Shown in pieces: positions 1-10,817 of a stretch of DNA of 52,030 nucleotides (position 1 is the first letter of the stretch; the number at the start of each line of letters is the position of its first letter). Under the pieces are notes generated by a model that saw only the letters and a list, made by a program, of their open reading frames with translations, was not told where the DNA came from and did not search any database. Position numbers and translations under genes: made by a program. Where the stretch lies: sequence record SRR2962707_917; one strand, 5' to 3'.

Positions 1-102
1 GCACGGGCCGCACCATTCCGCCCAGAAATCCACGACAACGGGGATATCCGAGTTCTTAACTTCAGCTTCAAACGTAGCATCTGTGACAGCGACAGTAGCC
101 AT
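1..102 (-). CDS. trxA: Thioredoxin, 5' part (runs off the window start; not in the ORF track)
   Basis: Reverse complement of 1-102 translates to [34 protein letters not shown] (WCGPC active site); AGGAGA RBS just upstream; typical position downstream of addA. Confidence 0.95.
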   Translation of the reverse strand, partial: MATVAVTDATFEAEVKNSDIPVVVDFWAEWCGPC

Positions 103-152
103 TGTAGTTCTCCTAGAGGCAAAGGGCGCAAGCTTGCTTTTGGAAGTGGAAC

Positions 153-3100
153 CTAGGGAGCCGCATGACCAACGTCAAGATATGCCCGACTTAAGGCTGA
201 TGTCACAAGATCGTGTGGTAGCGGCATATAGGTCGCTGTCCGCGTCCATAATATTCCGGTTTCGATACGATAGGACGGATAAATCTGCGCTAACATGGCA
301 GCATAGGCCCCCATTTGACGCAGAATCGCTTCTGGGCATTGCGCGGCAGAAGCAGGCACCGTCCGGTTTGATTTGAAATCGACGACAATTATTTCCTCAT
401 CTTTGAGAATCATCCTGTCGATTATTCCAAGAATCGGACCCAGGTTTTCGAGGTCGGCGGTCAATGGCACCTCTGCCAACGCGTCTCCTGTAAAGAATGG
501 GGTAAGCGTTTTAGTGCGTAAAACGGTTTCTGCTTCTTCACGCAGTGCCGCCATCTGCTCGGGCGTAATATCGGTCTTGCGCAATCGCAGCACAGCTTCT
601 CCGATCCGCTTCCAATCGTCGGGCGGTGTGCCCGCCAGATTTTCTAACAAGGCGTGGATCAAATTTCCTCGCTCCTTGGCGATTTCACTGTCTTCCCCGT
701 CTGGGCCCGGCAACGCCTTTGCGCCGCCCAATTCTGAAGGGCTTCGACCTTCGGGCGCGGGGGGCAAAACCGGCGCGTTTTGGAGTAAACAAGGTTCCAA
801 ACACGGCACATGGGATTCTTCGAACTCCGGCTCAAGCAATTTGAGACTGTCCCACAATCCGTTGTCGAGACGCTTTCCCTCTCCTCCACCAAAGCTACCA
901 AAGTCGAATTGGTGGTCAGCCGCCCTAGACCGGTCTATCCCAAGACGCACACGGTCGTACCAAGACTCGCCTTTGCGCCCAAGATCATCGAGCGACGCCA
1001 CCACCAGCCATTTCTCTGCCCGTGTCATCCCGACATAGAGCAGGCGCAGACTCTCTTCTTTTTCAAGCGCGCTCTTTTCTTCAACGGCTGATTGCTGAAC
1101 AGCGGGGCGCGACTCCTTCGATCCGGTCCAGGCTACAGAACCGTCCAATCCCAAGAGAGAACCACGCAACCTTTCTTGTTGAGCGGTGCAGTCCGGTAAA
1201 ATCACGATGGGCGCTTCCAAGCCTTTTGAGCCATGAACCGTCATAACACGCACCTTGTCTCCGGCGCTTTCCATCTGGCGTTTGATTTCCAAATCGTCGG
1301 TTTCCATCCACTGCAAGAAACCTGTCAGACTTGGAACCGCCGTCTGTTCATAACTGATGGCCTGAGCCAAAAACGCGTTGATGCCATCTTCCGCCTCCTC
1401 ACCCAATCGGCCCAACAATTTCTTTCGCCCGTTGTGACGGATAAGAATACGCTCAATCAGATCATAAGGCCGCAGGAAATCAATGTTGTTCCGTAAATCC
1501 TCGAGCACGGCAAGGATCTCAGGAAACTCTTCTTTGCGGGTACGCAACGCCTCCCACAGGAATGGGCCTGTACGACGATGGGCCAAGTCAAAAAGCTGCT
1601 GTTCAGAAACACCAAACAACGGCGACTTAAGCGCGACGGCCAAGGAATAACTGTCTTCTGGGGTATCAAGGAACGACAACAATGCAGCCATATCCCGCAC
1701 CGCCAATTCCGACATCACGCGCAAACGATCTGCCCCGGCAATCGGAATATCAGCCTGCTTGCATGCGCGAATGATCTCTGTGTAAAGGCGCGAACGTTTA
1801 CGGACCAAGATCAGGAAATCCCCGGCATTCACCGGGCGGGCTTCGTAAGTTCCAGAATGCCCGATCTCGACAGGCAGAGGTGTTTGGCTGTCTATGGAAT
1901 GGCGAATAAAATTTGCGATGCGTTTGGCCAGCAAAACAGTGTGGTGTTGTTCGCTTTTGCGGTCCACCGGCTCCCACCATTCGTCATCTTTTTCGGTCGG
2001 GGCTTTCTCGACCAAAGGCCATAAATCCACCCGGCCCGGCATGTTTTCCTTGAACGCCCGGTGCTTTTCGTCCGCAACGAACCCCGCCTGAACCATGCCG
2101 TCGAATGTATTGTCTACCACCCTTAAGATCGGCTCTGCCGAACGGAACGAATGCTCCAGTGACAGTTTATTCAGCGGTGACCCGGCGGCATGCAAACGCA
2201 CATCGAAATCTGCGGCCATTCTGTCAAATTCTCGCGGGTCTGCGCCCTGAAAAGAATAGATTGATTGCTTCTTGTCGCCGACCACAAAAATCGTACGCAA
2301 AACATCGGACCGCGCACCTTCCCCAGAAGTGAATTCCTGCGCCAAACGCTGGATCACTTGCCATTGCACCGGGCTGGTATCTTGGGCCTCATCCACCAGA
2401 ATGTGGTCAATCCCACCGTCGAGACGATAAAGCACCCATTCAGCCACGGCTTGGTCACTTAGCAATTCATGGGCTTTGTTGATCAAGTCGTCGAAGTCGA
2501 GCCAGCCGCGCCGCTGTTTTGCAAGTTCGTACCGCGTAAGAAACGTTGACGCAAAACTATGAAGCACCCAGTCCCTTTGGACAGCAGAAAGGGCAATCCG
2601 ACGTTCCCGCGCTTGCGCGACACGTTCCATCAGATCATTTAACCGGTCCATGGCTGGGGCCAGCTCTCCGGTCTGGAGCGCTTTTTTGGGAATAGACCCT
2701 ATCTTGGCTGAAAAAGGCTCCTTGGCGGCCGCCCCTGTCAAGAAACTCGTTTCAAAAACCTTCAATGATGACAGGCCCGGCGACGTCACATTCTGCAACT
2801 TTTCAGCCAGTTTGGCATCGTTTCCGCCGCTTTTCAGCAATGCAGGAAACAGCCCGCGCACAAACTCAATTTCCCCATCCGGAAAGACATAGGCCAGTAA
2901 AAGGTCCAAACTGTCGTTCTCAGCCACGCCATAGCGCTTTCGCAAGTCTGCCAAGGACATCGGCACAGCGAACGAACCACGGTTTTGAACGATTTCGGCA
3001 ACAAGGGAGTCCAATGTCTGATCGGTGTCCTGCATGGCCAAATCCGCCACCAAAGTAGCTGTGGGGCCAACCGACATTTCATCCAGAATTTCCTGACGCA

Positions 3101-3563
3101 GCAGCTCAGCAGATCGATCCTCAATCTCTTTGAACTGAGGACTGACATTCGCCTCGAGGGGAAAGCGCCGTAATAGAGACGAACAGAACGAGTGGATCGT
3201 CTGAATTCTTAGCCCGCCCGGCGTTTCAATGGCCCGTGCAAACAGGGTACGTGCGTTGCGTAAATAGGGGCCAGTAATATCAGCCTGCACGCCCAATTCC
3301 ACCAAAGCAGAGCGCAAGTCGGCATCGTTCAGCATGGCCCATTCGCCCAGACGCCGAAACAGCCGGTTTTGCATCTCAGAGGCAGCGGCCTTGGTAAAGG
3401 TCAGACAAAGGATATGTTCCGGCAGCACATCTTCGAGCAACAGACGCGCCACACGGTCGGTCAAAACGCGTGTTTTTCCCGATCCGGCGTTTGCCGACAG
3501 CCAAGTGGAATTCGCCGGAATCGCAGCTTCGACCTGACGCTGTGTTGCCTCGTCCCGGATCAT
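153..3563 (-). CDS. addA: Double-strand break repair helicase/nuclease AddA
   Basis: UvrD-type motifs [48 protein letters not shown]-terminal RecB-like nuclease (GIIDR...VDFKS). Start placed at MIRDEAT, ATGA overlap with the addB stop. Confidence 0.95.
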   Translation of the reverse strand: MIRDEATQRQVEAAIPANSTWLSANAGSGKTRVLTDRVARLLLEDVLPEHILCLTFTKAAASEMQNRLFRRLGEWAMLNDADLRSALVELGVQADITGPYLRNARTLFARAIETPGGLRIQTIHSFCSSLLRRFPLEANVSPQFKEIEDRSAELLRQEILDEMSVGPTATLVADLAMQDTDQTLDSLVAEIVQNRGSFAVPMSLADLRKRYGVAENDSLDLLLAYVFPDGEIEFVRGLFPALLKSGGNDAKLAEKLQNVTSPGLSSLKVFETSFLTGAAAKEPFSAKIGSIPKKALQTGELAPAMDRLNDLMERVAQARERRIALSAVQRDWVLHSFASTFLTRYELAKQRRGWLDFDDLINKAHELLSDQAVAEWVLYRLDGGIDHILVDEAQDTSPVQWQVIQRLAQEFTSGEGARSDVLRTIFVVGDKKQSIYSFQGADPREFDRMAADFDVRLHAAGSPLNKLSLEHSFRSAEPILRVVDNTFDGMVQAGFVADEKHRAFKENMPGRVDLWPLVEKAPTEKDDEWWEPVDRKSEQHHTVLLAKRIANFIRHSIDSQTPLPVEIGHSGTYEARPVNAGDFLILVRKRSRLYTEIIRACKQADIPIAGADRLRVMSELAVRDMAALLSFLDTPEDSYSLAVALKSPLFGVSEQQLFDLAHRRTGPFLWEALRTRKEEFPEILAVLEDLRNNIDFLRPYDLIERILIRHNGRKKLLGRLGEEAEDGINAFLAQAISYEQTAVPSLTGFLQWMETDDLEIKRQMESAGDKVRVMTVHGSKGLEAPIVILPDCTAQQERLRGSLLGLDGSVAWTGSKESRPAVQQSAVEEKSALEKEESLRLLYVGMTRAEKWLVVASLDDLGRKGESWYDRVRLGIDRSRAADHQFDFGSFGGGEGKRLDNGLWDSLKLLEPEFEESHVPCLEPCLLQNAPVLPPAPEGRSPSELGGAKALPGPDGEDSEIAKERGNLIHALLENLAGTPPDDWKRIGEAVLRLRKTDITPEQMAALREEAETVLRTKTLTPFFTGDALAEVPLTADLENLGPILGIIDRMILKDEEIIVVDFKSNRTVPASAAQCPEAILRQMGAYAAMLAQIYPSYRIETGILWTRTATYMPLPHDLVTSALSRAYLDVGHAAP

Positions 3564-6487
3564 TTCAACACCTCTCGGGTAGCATCTTGGGTGACATCCC
3601 ATTCACCAAAACGGGATAGCTGGTCATAGTCGCCAAAATCCGTGTCTTTGAACATCGATCGCCGCGCAGTGAAACCGGTGTCTTCGGACATATAAGCCTC
3701 AATCAGCGCCTCGAACTGGGCCCAAACCTTGGCGGCAGGCATCTTACCAAGCGGCGCTTGCACCTCTTTCGGAGAGGCGTTCAAACCAATGTAAACGGCC
3801 TGCTCAACATGTTTTGCCCCAATGTTCTGAAAGGCCCCGTTTTCGATCATGGCGGCCTCTAGCAACAACTGTTTATCGTATTCTTCCTGCTGAGCTTCGG
3901 ACGGCGGTGTCCCGGTTTTGTAATCATAGATGAACGCACAGCCCCGCCCATCCAGATCAATCCGATCTGCTTTTCCCGTCAGCGTAAAGCCAAACCGTTC
4001 AATTTTGGCCGTCCCAGTCACTTCGAAGGCAATTGGATGAGCATCAACCCGGCGCATTGCTTCCTGAGCCACAAACCAATCCGACACTCGCCGGATGCGG
4101 GCCTGCCAGACATGACGGAAGCTCGGCCAAGGCACTTCTTCCACCAAAATATCATGGCTGATCTGCTCCAGCCTGTCTCGGCGCAATTGATCCGGATCGG
4201 CCTGCACATCCTTTACAAACTGCTCAAACACAGCATGCAAAACGGTACCACGGATCAAAGCGTCCGGCACCTTTTGCAATGGATCCATGGGCCGAAGCCG
4301 CAGCACATGTTTGGCGTAGATCGCATAGGGATCACGGATCAAGCGTTGAACATCCGTCACAGAAATCTTGCTTGGTCGGCTCACCACTGGGGGACAAGGA
4401 GACGGACGTTCTGCCTTGGGTGTTTCCAATGGGGCTTCAAGCACCCGCGCCATAGCGATCCAATGATCCCCACGCGCCGACATTTGCTTTACCGCTTCTG
4501 GTCCATTTCGCTCTGGTAAACCGCGCATCAAATTCAGCAGCCTGTTGACCCAGCGAGACGGCACCGTTTCTGCATCATCGGACTTTGCGGCGCGGGTCAG
4601 CCAGACCTCTTGCGCCCCAAAGGCCTGTTGAAAATCATGCGCCGCCAATCCGATCCGACGTTCCGGCAACAGCATACCTGCGTCATTGCGCATTTTGCGG
4701 TTGAGCCAAGGATCGGCTGACGGAATTTCAGGCCAACTGCCTTCATTCAATCCTCCCAAGATCAACAGATCAGCCCCCATGACACGCGCTTCGAGGGTTC
4801 CCCAAATCAGGATATGGGGATGTGGTGCATCGCGATCTCGAACCTGCCCTTCGGAAAGAATCGCTCCGAACAGGTCACTGTAATCAACGACCGACATATC
4901 GCCGCCATAGCTTGCCTCACGCTGAAGATCATCCACAACACGGCGTACTTCCCGCCCGGCATTCTGTGCCCAAAGCTCTTTGCTGTTCTCAGAAACTGAC
5001 CCGGCAACAATGTGTTCTGCGCGTTCGATGTGCTGAGCAATCATTGTACCAAGCGGAAGTTCCCCTTTGATGGGCGGAACAACAAAGCTTCGCACCACCC
5101 AATCTGCCCACTTGCCCAGATCCTGCGCTTCCCCCCAGTCCATAATTTGTTCGGCTTGCGGAAAGGGCCACCCCTTACGGCGAATATGCAGTTCAAGGTC
5201 TCGCGTGTGTAACAGATGTTCGTTCCGCCCAGCGCCGGTGTGAGTCAGTGGATGCTTTAACACTGTCAGTAAGGTTTCCGCGGTCAATTCATGGCGCATC
5301 AAATGGGCGACATGGCGCAAGAAACGGCCAGGGGGCGTTAATTGCAGGGGCGTACCGGCGCTATCATCCGGCAAGATATCCCATCGGGCCAAAGCGGATG
5401 TAACCTGTCGGGTCAGCATACGGTCCGGGGTAATCAAAGCAGCAGTCTGGCCTTCTTCGGCGGCCTTTCGCAGCCGCATGGCAATGCACAACGCTTCGTC
5501 CCGTTTGGTTGCCGTCTGTAACAACGTCACGTCCTGCATCGCCGCATCCAAGAGCGGCAATTCCGGCCCCTCCTTAAGCCATTGATGCGTGACGGGGGCC
5601 GGTCGCAAGGCTAGCGACATGACTTTGTTTCGTGCGGCCGACGGAGGTGTAGTATCTACCCAAGGCGCAATATCTCCGGCCTCCAGCGCCAAAGACCGCA
5701 TCAACCTGGAAAACCTGAACTGAGGGTGATCCTCGCCGGTTAGCGCATCGCTCAGCGTATCCCACACGTCCTGCGGAGTATCAAAATCAAAACCCGGGAT
5801 GATCACGGCGCCTTTTGGCAATTGGGCAACGGCCTTCATCAATAAGGCCGTGGTGCCCCGAGACCCCGTTGACCCGGCTAAGATCACAGGGAATTTCGGG
5901 GGAGATGCGTCCCACCCCTCCATCAGGCGTAACATCGCTAAGCGTTGTAGCGCTTCATTATCAGGTGGTTCGTCAAGATTTTCAAAGTAGCGTTGCACAA
6001 TCTTGATAAAGCTTAACGCGCGCTGCCAATGGCCCGATTGGTCCTCTACCGACAGGTTCTCGATCCGCTCTGGTGGAACGCCCTCGCCCTGCATTTCATC
6101 CATCAACGTCGCCAATGAATCCGCCAGGTCGTACAGAGACGACCGGGGCGCCAGAGACGGATCAGCATCCAAAAGTTTGCCGAGCAGCTCGACCAGTTCC
6201 AACCGGCGGCGTAACCCGGAAACCGGCGCGGGAACGTCGAGGAGATCCAAAGGGTCTGCCAATTCGTTCAAAAGGCGAATACGCGGGACAAACCCCGCAG
6301 GGCCCTTGGCAAACATGTCCCTTATCCGACGCTTCATCCTCGCTGTGTTCACGATAAGCAGAACATGTGCCATCTCATGTGGTGGCCGGTCCGCCATACG
6401 GGCACGCAACCCATCAACCAGTGCCGAAGCGAAATCCACGCCCGGTCCAAGACCAAAAACCCTTGGCTGGTCTGAAGGCTCAAACAC
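3560..6487 (-). CDS. addB: Double-strand break repair protein AddB
   Basis: N-terminal PRVFGLGPGVDF, AGSTGSRG, HPQF, WGTLEAR, C-terminal PD-(D/E)xK nuclease (GKADRID...YDYKTG); GTG start (VFEPSDQP) overlaps the upstream gene's stop; adjacent to addA. Confidence 0.93.
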   Translation of the reverse strand: MFEPSDQPRVFGLGPGVDFASALVDGLRARMADRPPHEMAHVLLIVNTARMKRRIRDMFAKGPAGFVPRIRLLNELADPLDLLDVPAPVSGLRRRLELVELLGKLLDADPSLAPRSSLYDLADSLATLMDEMQGEGVPPERIENLSVEDQSGHWQRALSFIKIVQRYFENLDEPPDNEALQRLAMLRLMEGWDASPPKFPVILAGSTGSRGTTALLMKAVAQLPKGAVIIPGFDFDTPQDVWDTLSDALTGEDHPQFRFSRLMRSLALEAGDIAPWVDTTPPSAARNKVMSLALRPAPVTHQWLKEGPELPLLDAAMQDVTLLQTATKRDEALCIAMRLRKAAEEGQTAALITPDRMLTRQVTSALARWDILPDDSAGTPLQLTPPGRFLRHVAHLMRHELTAETLLTVLKHPLTHTGAGRNEHLLHTRDLELHIRRKGWPFPQAEQIMDWGEAQDLGKWADWVVRSFVVPPIKGELPLGTMIAQHIERAEHIVAGSVSENSKELWAQNAGREVRRVVDDLQREASYGGDMSVVDYSDLFGAILSEGQVRDRDAPHPHILIWGTLEARVMGADLLILGGLNEGSWPEIPSADPWLNRKMRNDAGMLLPERRIGLAAHDFQQAFGAQEVWLTRAAKSDDAETVPSRWVNRLLNLMRGLPERNGPEAVKQMSARGDHWIAMARVLEAPLETPKAERPSPCPPVVSRPSKISVTDVQRLIRDPYAIYAKHVLRLRPMDPLQKVPDALIRGTVLHAVFEQFVKDVQADPDQLRRDRLEQISHDILVEEVPWPSFRHVWQARIRRVSDWFVAQEAMRRVDAHPIAFEVTGTAKIERFGFTLTGKADRIDLDGRGCAFIYDYKTGTPPSEAQQEEYDKQLLLEAAMIENGAFQNIGAKHVEQAVYIGLNASPKEVQAPLGKMPAAKVWAQFEALIEAYMSEDTGFTARRSMFKDTDFGDYDQLSRFGEWDVTQDATREVLK

Positions 6488-7163
6488 CTTGTTTCTCCAG
6501 CATTTCTTCTGCGAGTTTGACACCCTTTGGCGTCCCCACATCGCACCAAATCCCATCGTAAGGAACGCCAAACAGGCGTCCGCTTTGCGCCAAGAGATCC
6601 CAAACTTTGTTCAGCGAAAATACTGTGTCTTTAACCCCACTCAGGCTGTCAGTCTTAAGGATTTGAACGCCCGTGTAGGCCACCCCGCGTCCACGCGAAA
6701 TTTGCCCATCCGGTGCAATAAGAAAGTCACCATTGCCGACATGTCCAACGGTTTGCGTCAAAGGGACACAAAGCAACAGCGCATCCATATCCTCGGGGCG
6801 CCAAGCTGCCTTCAACACATCTAACGGATTAGGCCCTTGCCACACCGCATCCGTATTGAGCGTGAAAACCGGATCGCTTTTCAAAATTGGTAGGGCCTGC
6901 CGCAGCCCACCTCCGGTGTCGAGGATGTCCGGAAATTCTGGCGAGACGCGCACCCCATGCTTTTCAGCGTAAGCTGTCATCTTTTCCGCCTGGTAATGCA
7001 CGTTTGCGACACAGCGCAAGGCGCCGTGATCCTGCACGATATCTAAAGCGTGCTGAAACAGGGGTTTACCACCAACCGGAACCAATGGCTTTGGCTGACT
7101 TGTCGTCAAAGCCCCCATTCGAGTTCCAAACCCTGCGGCAAACATCATAATCGCGTTAGGCAT
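6480..7163 (-). CDS. murU: Nucleotidyltransferase, MurNAc-1-P uridylyltransferase (MurU)-like
   Basis: AAGFGTRM...PKPLV NTP-transferase motif, LDTGGG, WCDVGTP; conserved position before addB. Confidence 0.8.
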   Translation of the reverse strand: MPNAIMMFAAGFGTRMGALTTSQPKPLVPVGGKPLFQHALDIVQDHGALRCVANVHYQAEKMTAYAEKHGVRVSPEFPDILDTGGGLRQALPILKSDPVFTLNTDAVWQGPNPLDVLKAAWRPEDMDALLLCVPLTQTVGHVGNGDFLIAPDGQISRGRGVAYTGVQILKTDSLSGVKDTVFSLNKVWDLLAQSGRLFGVPYDGIWCDVGTPKGVKLAEEMLEKQGV

Positions 7164-7208
7164 AGCTGGTCACGTCTTTCACTAATTCAGAGTTTTCTGC
7201 GCAATGCA

Positions 7209-7679
7209 TCACATCAAACAGTCTTGTAAGCGGCGCGCCCAATCGCCCGCTTCCCAAGAGATTTTCAACATCCGGGCGTCGTCTTCGTCCATTGCTTTGA
7301 AATCAAGGTATAGCGCCGTTTTTGGGGCTAAATCTTCCAATCTGTCCGGCCATTCAACAAGGCAAATCGCTGTTTCAAAAGCTTCGGTCAGGCCAAGCTC
7401 TTCTGCCTCGTCCGCGTCGGATAAACGGTATAGGTCAGCGTGCCAAATTTCAGCCAAGGGCGATAGGTACGTTTGCACAAGCGTAAATGTTGGGGACGGA
7501 ACGTCCTCTGGCTCAGGCAGTAAAGAGAGGATCAAACTGCGAGCGAAATGCGTTTTTCCCGCGCCTATGTCACCAGACAGCAAAACAACGTCACCCGGCG
7601 CAAGTACCGCGCCAAGGCGTTTTGCCAACTGTGCTGTTTCATCAGGGCTTTGAAGATCAAGGGTAATCGGAGACTGCAT
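7209..7679 (-). CDS. tsaE: tRNA threonylcarbamoyladenosine biosynthesis ATPase TsaE
   Basis: GDIGAGKT P-loop, SPTFTLVQTY, HADLYRL, LVEWP motifs. Confidence 0.95.
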   Translation of the reverse strand: MQSPITLDLQSPDETAQLAKRLGAVLAPGDVVLLSGDIGAGKTHFARSLILSLLPEPEDVPSPTFTLVQTYLSPLAEIWHADLYRLSDADEAEELGLTEAFETAICLVEWPDRLEDLAPKTALYLDFKAMDEDDARMLKISWEAGDWARRLQDCLM

Positions 7680-7721
7680 GCCTCGGACACTACCTTGTTG
7701 ATACGATCTCGAAAACCAATT

Positions 7722-9260
7722 TCAGTGGGTAATTTCCATCGTTTGCTGACCTTTTTCAGGTGCCTCCAGATGCCAGGGGAGTGCTGGTTCAAATCGAATT
7801 AGGGTACTGCCCCCTTTCAAGGGCGAAACATGGCACCTCATTTCCCCAAAAGACTTGTGGGCCACTTTTGCACACCATTCCGCGCGGTCGCTTTCGGCAA
7901 TTACGAAGTCTCTGATTTCTGCCCAAATCGGGTTGGGCTTACATGAGACTTGCCACATGCGAGAGGCATCAAGGACCGACATGTCATTGAACCCCGAGTT
8001 GGGGTCGCAATCCCACATTTTTTGATAGGATGTGTTGCAAATCGTCAGTAGCCCAACCTGCGAGAATATCGCCACGGCATCGTCCAACGTGTCCAACGCA
8101 GATTGCGATCGGTCCAGTTCCGCTCGAAAGCGTCGTGTCAAAGAAATTTCGGCACTGATATCTTCGATCAAAAAGGCGATGGCTCCATCGGGGTGTGGTC
8201 GACCAGTTACTTTGTAAGTAAGGCCAGACGGTAACGTCCAAGTCTCACAATAACGGTCATCACAAGCCGCCCTAACAAGATCAGCCATTTCGTTGCGCCA
8301 ATGGCCATAGTTTTTCGGCTCTGGCATCATTCGCGCCTCACGTAAGTGATCAAAAAACGCGAACATGTTGGGACGAGCTGACAAAAACTCCGCTGAAAGC
8401 GCTGTCAAATCCACCAAAGCCGGGTTGAACAATGCCAACTGCCTTTTCCGGTCAAATATCGCCAAACCAATCGGCAAATGCGCGAAAGTCTTGGCAAGAG
8501 TCTGAACAAAATTCCGCTGCGCTATTTCGGCATGCACCAAGGCCGCAATGTCATTGGCAAAACACAGCTTGTCAGTTCCAATGGAAATCGCTGTCACTTC
8601 TAACCAAAGGTCTGTGCCATCTTCCAATGTCTTGCTCAAACGCAGAGGATGTTGATCTGATTTATCCACATGTTCCGTACCAGAAAGCGGTGCGTCGGCT
8701 GGTTCATGTCCAACGGTCTTAACCAATTCCCAGTACGCATGGTTGGCCCAGATCACCTGTCCCTCTGTACTGAGCCGCCACACAGGACTCGGGGTCAGAT
8801 CTACCGCGGCACTTAGCATTTCCGCTTTTTCGGCGCTTCTCAGATAATTGTGCCTGTCTGCCAGACTGGGAAAGGCTCCGACCAGTTCCAAACGCATCGT
8901 TTCAACATGAGGGGTGAAGATCAGCTGATCCTTGTCCGCCGGGTCACCCGACGACAAAGCCAAGGCTTCTTTCGGTGGATGATCAGGGAAATCTGTGAAC
9001 CTTTGGTGGAAAACCCGGTGCAAATCAGACCACGCGATCGATTGGTCCAGATCCAATCCCAGAGACTTTGCTGTCTCCTCTGAAATATCCGCGACAAACC
9101 CATTGCGTAGAATAATGGATGAGATCGGTGCCGCAAAGGGCACCGCCCCAAAATTCTGTGGGTTGAGCTGCCTGCGCTGCATAAGAATCGAAAACACAAA
9201 AAAAGACGCCAGGACGCTCCCTAAAACGATTGAACCTGACTGCCAAACGGCAACATCCAT
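7722..9260 (-). CDS. Membrane-anchored multi-PAS protein, DivL-like without a kinase domain
   Basis: N-terminal TM helix, PAS-like repeats (FVQTLAKTFAHLPIGLAIFDRKRQLALFNPAL), no HisKA/HATPase motifs; position next to regB matches the truncated divL of Rhodobacteraceae. Confidence 0.7.
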   Translation of the reverse strand: MDVAVWQSGSIVLGSVLASFFVFSILMQRRQLNPQNFGAVPFAAPISSIILRNGFVADISEETAKSLGLDLDQSIAWSDLHRVFHQRFTDFPDHPPKEALALSSGDPADKDQLIFTPHVETMRLELVGAFPSLADRHNYLRSAEKAEMLSAAVDLTPSPVWRLSTEGQVIWANHAYWELVKTVGHEPADAPLSGTEHVDKSDQHPLRLSKTLEDGTDLWLEVTAISIGTDKLCFANDIAALVHAEIAQRNFVQTLAKTFAHLPIGLAIFDRKRQLALFNPALVDLTALSAEFLSARPNMFAFFDHLREARMMPEPKNYGHWRNEMADLVRAACDDRYCETWTLPSGLTYKVTGRPHPDGAIAFLIEDISAEISLTRRFRAELDRSQSALDTLDDAVAIFSQVGLLTICNTSYQKMWDCDPNSGFNDMSVLDASRMWQVSCKPNPIWAEIRDFVIAESDRAEWCAKVAHKSFGEMRCHVSPLKGGSTLIRFEPALPWHLEAPEKGQQTMEITH

Positions 9261-9307
9261 ACCCTAATGACCCCTTTTCACTAAAGGTGAAGCGTGGATC
9301 GGAAATC

Positions 9308-9323
9308 GTTAATTTCTGGTAAA
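9308..9323 (-). promoter_or_regulatory. Putative CtrA box upstream of the DivL-like gene
   Basis: Minus strand reads TTTA-CCAGAAA-TTAAC, one mismatch to TTAA-N7-TTAAC, about 48 nt upstream of the start. Confidence 0.5.
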
Positions 9324-9336
9324 AATGACAACAAGT

Positions 9337-10725
9337 TCAAGTCTCAATCGGCTGGTTTTCTCCCACCGAGGCGTTGGCCATTTCAGAAACGATCTTTGCT
9401 CTGGGCCAAACAACTTCAACAATCGCGCCGCGGCGTTCAATTTTACTGTTGGGTGCATCAAAGGGATCAGACCCGTTTGCAAAACTTAGCTCAGCCCCAG
9501 AACGTTCCAGCAAAGTCTTGGCTATGAAAAGACCCAGCCCCATGCCTTCGTATTCTGGACGCTCTTTCCGGGATGAGTCCGGCCGACGATTGCGCACAAA
9601 GGGGTCGCCGATACGTCCGATCAGATGCGTCGGATATCCCTTACCATCATCTACGATACGGATCGACACCATGTCATCTGTCCACAAAGCTTCGACCCAA
9701 ACCTTTGAATCGGCGAAATCCACGGCATTCTGAACCAGATTTCTAAGGCCGTGAATGACTTCTGGCCGCCTCAGAATTTGTGGTTGGAGTTTATCATTAT
9801 TCTGAAGAAGGCTTCTCTCGATCAACAGCTCCTTGCCCCGCGCTTCATGTGGTTCGGCCGCCTCGCGGATCACCTCCATCAATGGCGCCTGACGCATATG
9901 CAAATCGTCTTTGCCGGCACGCCCCATGGACCGCATAATATCGCGACAACGATCGGCCTGATCCCGAATAAGCTTGGCATCGTCCTGAAGCTCAGGATTG
10001 TCCTCCAAATCTTCTATCAACTCTGCGCTCGCCAATTTGATGGTCGCCAAAGGTGTTCCAAGTTCATGCGCTGCTGCCGCAATCACGCCCCCGAGGTCGT
10101 TGAGCTTTTGTGCCCGCGCCAGAGCCATTTGCGTGGCCGCCAAGGCGTCTCCCATCGCGTGCATTTCAACAGTCACGCGCCGCGAATATAGGGATATGAA
10201 GATTAACGCGATTGTGATCGCCGTCCATTGCCCAAAGACAAACACATCCGGAATGCGCAGAATGAACCCTTGTTCCGTTCTGAGCGGCAGATGATAAAAA
10301 ACCATCCCCGAGATCAACAAGAAGGCCGTACACCCCAAAAGCACAGTGGATCGCAAGGTCAAAACTGCCGCCGAAACTGTGACAGGGGCTAGTACCAGCA
10401 CCGAGAAAGGGTTGTGCAAGCCACCCGTCAGAAACAAAAGAAAACACAGCTGCATGAGGTCAAACATGACCATCAACAGGTTTTCCGTCTCTGAAAGGCG
10501 CTTATTTTCGGGAAAAATGAAAATCGCGACAAGGTTTCCCACAACCGAAACGCCAACGGCAAGGTAGCAAAGACCAAGCTCTAACTGAAGGCTATACAGC
10601 CGCTGAGCGACGATGATCGCGGTCACTTGGCCGATGATTGCGAGCCATCGTAAAAGGATCATGGTCCGCAATCTGATCCAATTTCCGCGGTTTTGCTCAC
10701 TAAGTAATTCGATACTACTGTCCAA
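9337..10725 (-). CDS. regB: Redox sensor histidine kinase RegB/PrrB/ActS
   Basis: WIRLRTMILLRW N-terminus, quinone-binding GGLHNPF, H-box AAAAHELGTPL, redox Cys in QADRCRDI, NLVQNAVDFA, GMGLGLF. Start uncertain (TTG). Confidence 0.95.
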   Translation of the reverse strand: MDSSIELLSEQNRGNWIRLRTMILLRWLAIIGQVTAIIVAQRLYSLQLELGLCYLAVGVSVVGNLVAIFIFPENKRLSETENLLMVMFDLMQLCFLLFLTGGLHNPFSVLVLAPVTVSAAVLTLRSTVLLGCTAFLLISGMVFYHLPLRTEQGFILRIPDVFVFGQWTAITIALIFISLYSRRVTVEMHAMGDALAATQMALARAQKLNDLGGVIAAAAHELGTPLATIKLASAELIEDLEDNPELQDDAKLIRDQADRCRDIMRSMGRAGKDDLHMRQAPLMEVIREAAEPHEARGKELLIERSLLQNNDKLQPQILRRPEVIHGLRNLVQNAVDFADSKVWVEALWTDDMVSIRIVDDGKGYPTHLIGRIGDPFVRNRRPDSSRKERPEYEGMGLGLFIAKTLLERSGAELSFANGSDPFDAPNSKIERRGAIVEVVWPRAKIVSEMANASVGENQPIET

Positions 10726-10817
10726 TGTCTGCGCCCATTTGTCCCTTGCACCCCATCTGCCAATTGTTAGGTCTGCCGCACCGAGCGATCAATCGGGAAC
10801 TGACTCAGGAGAGTAGA

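Noticed and set aside
83-1038. Plus-strand ORFs 83..376 and 373..1038
   Set aside because: Antisense to trxA/addA, no recognisable motifs; shadow ORFs.
6003-6824. 273-aa plus-strand ORF
   Set aside because: Antisense to addB/murU, Ser/Arg-rich shadow translation.
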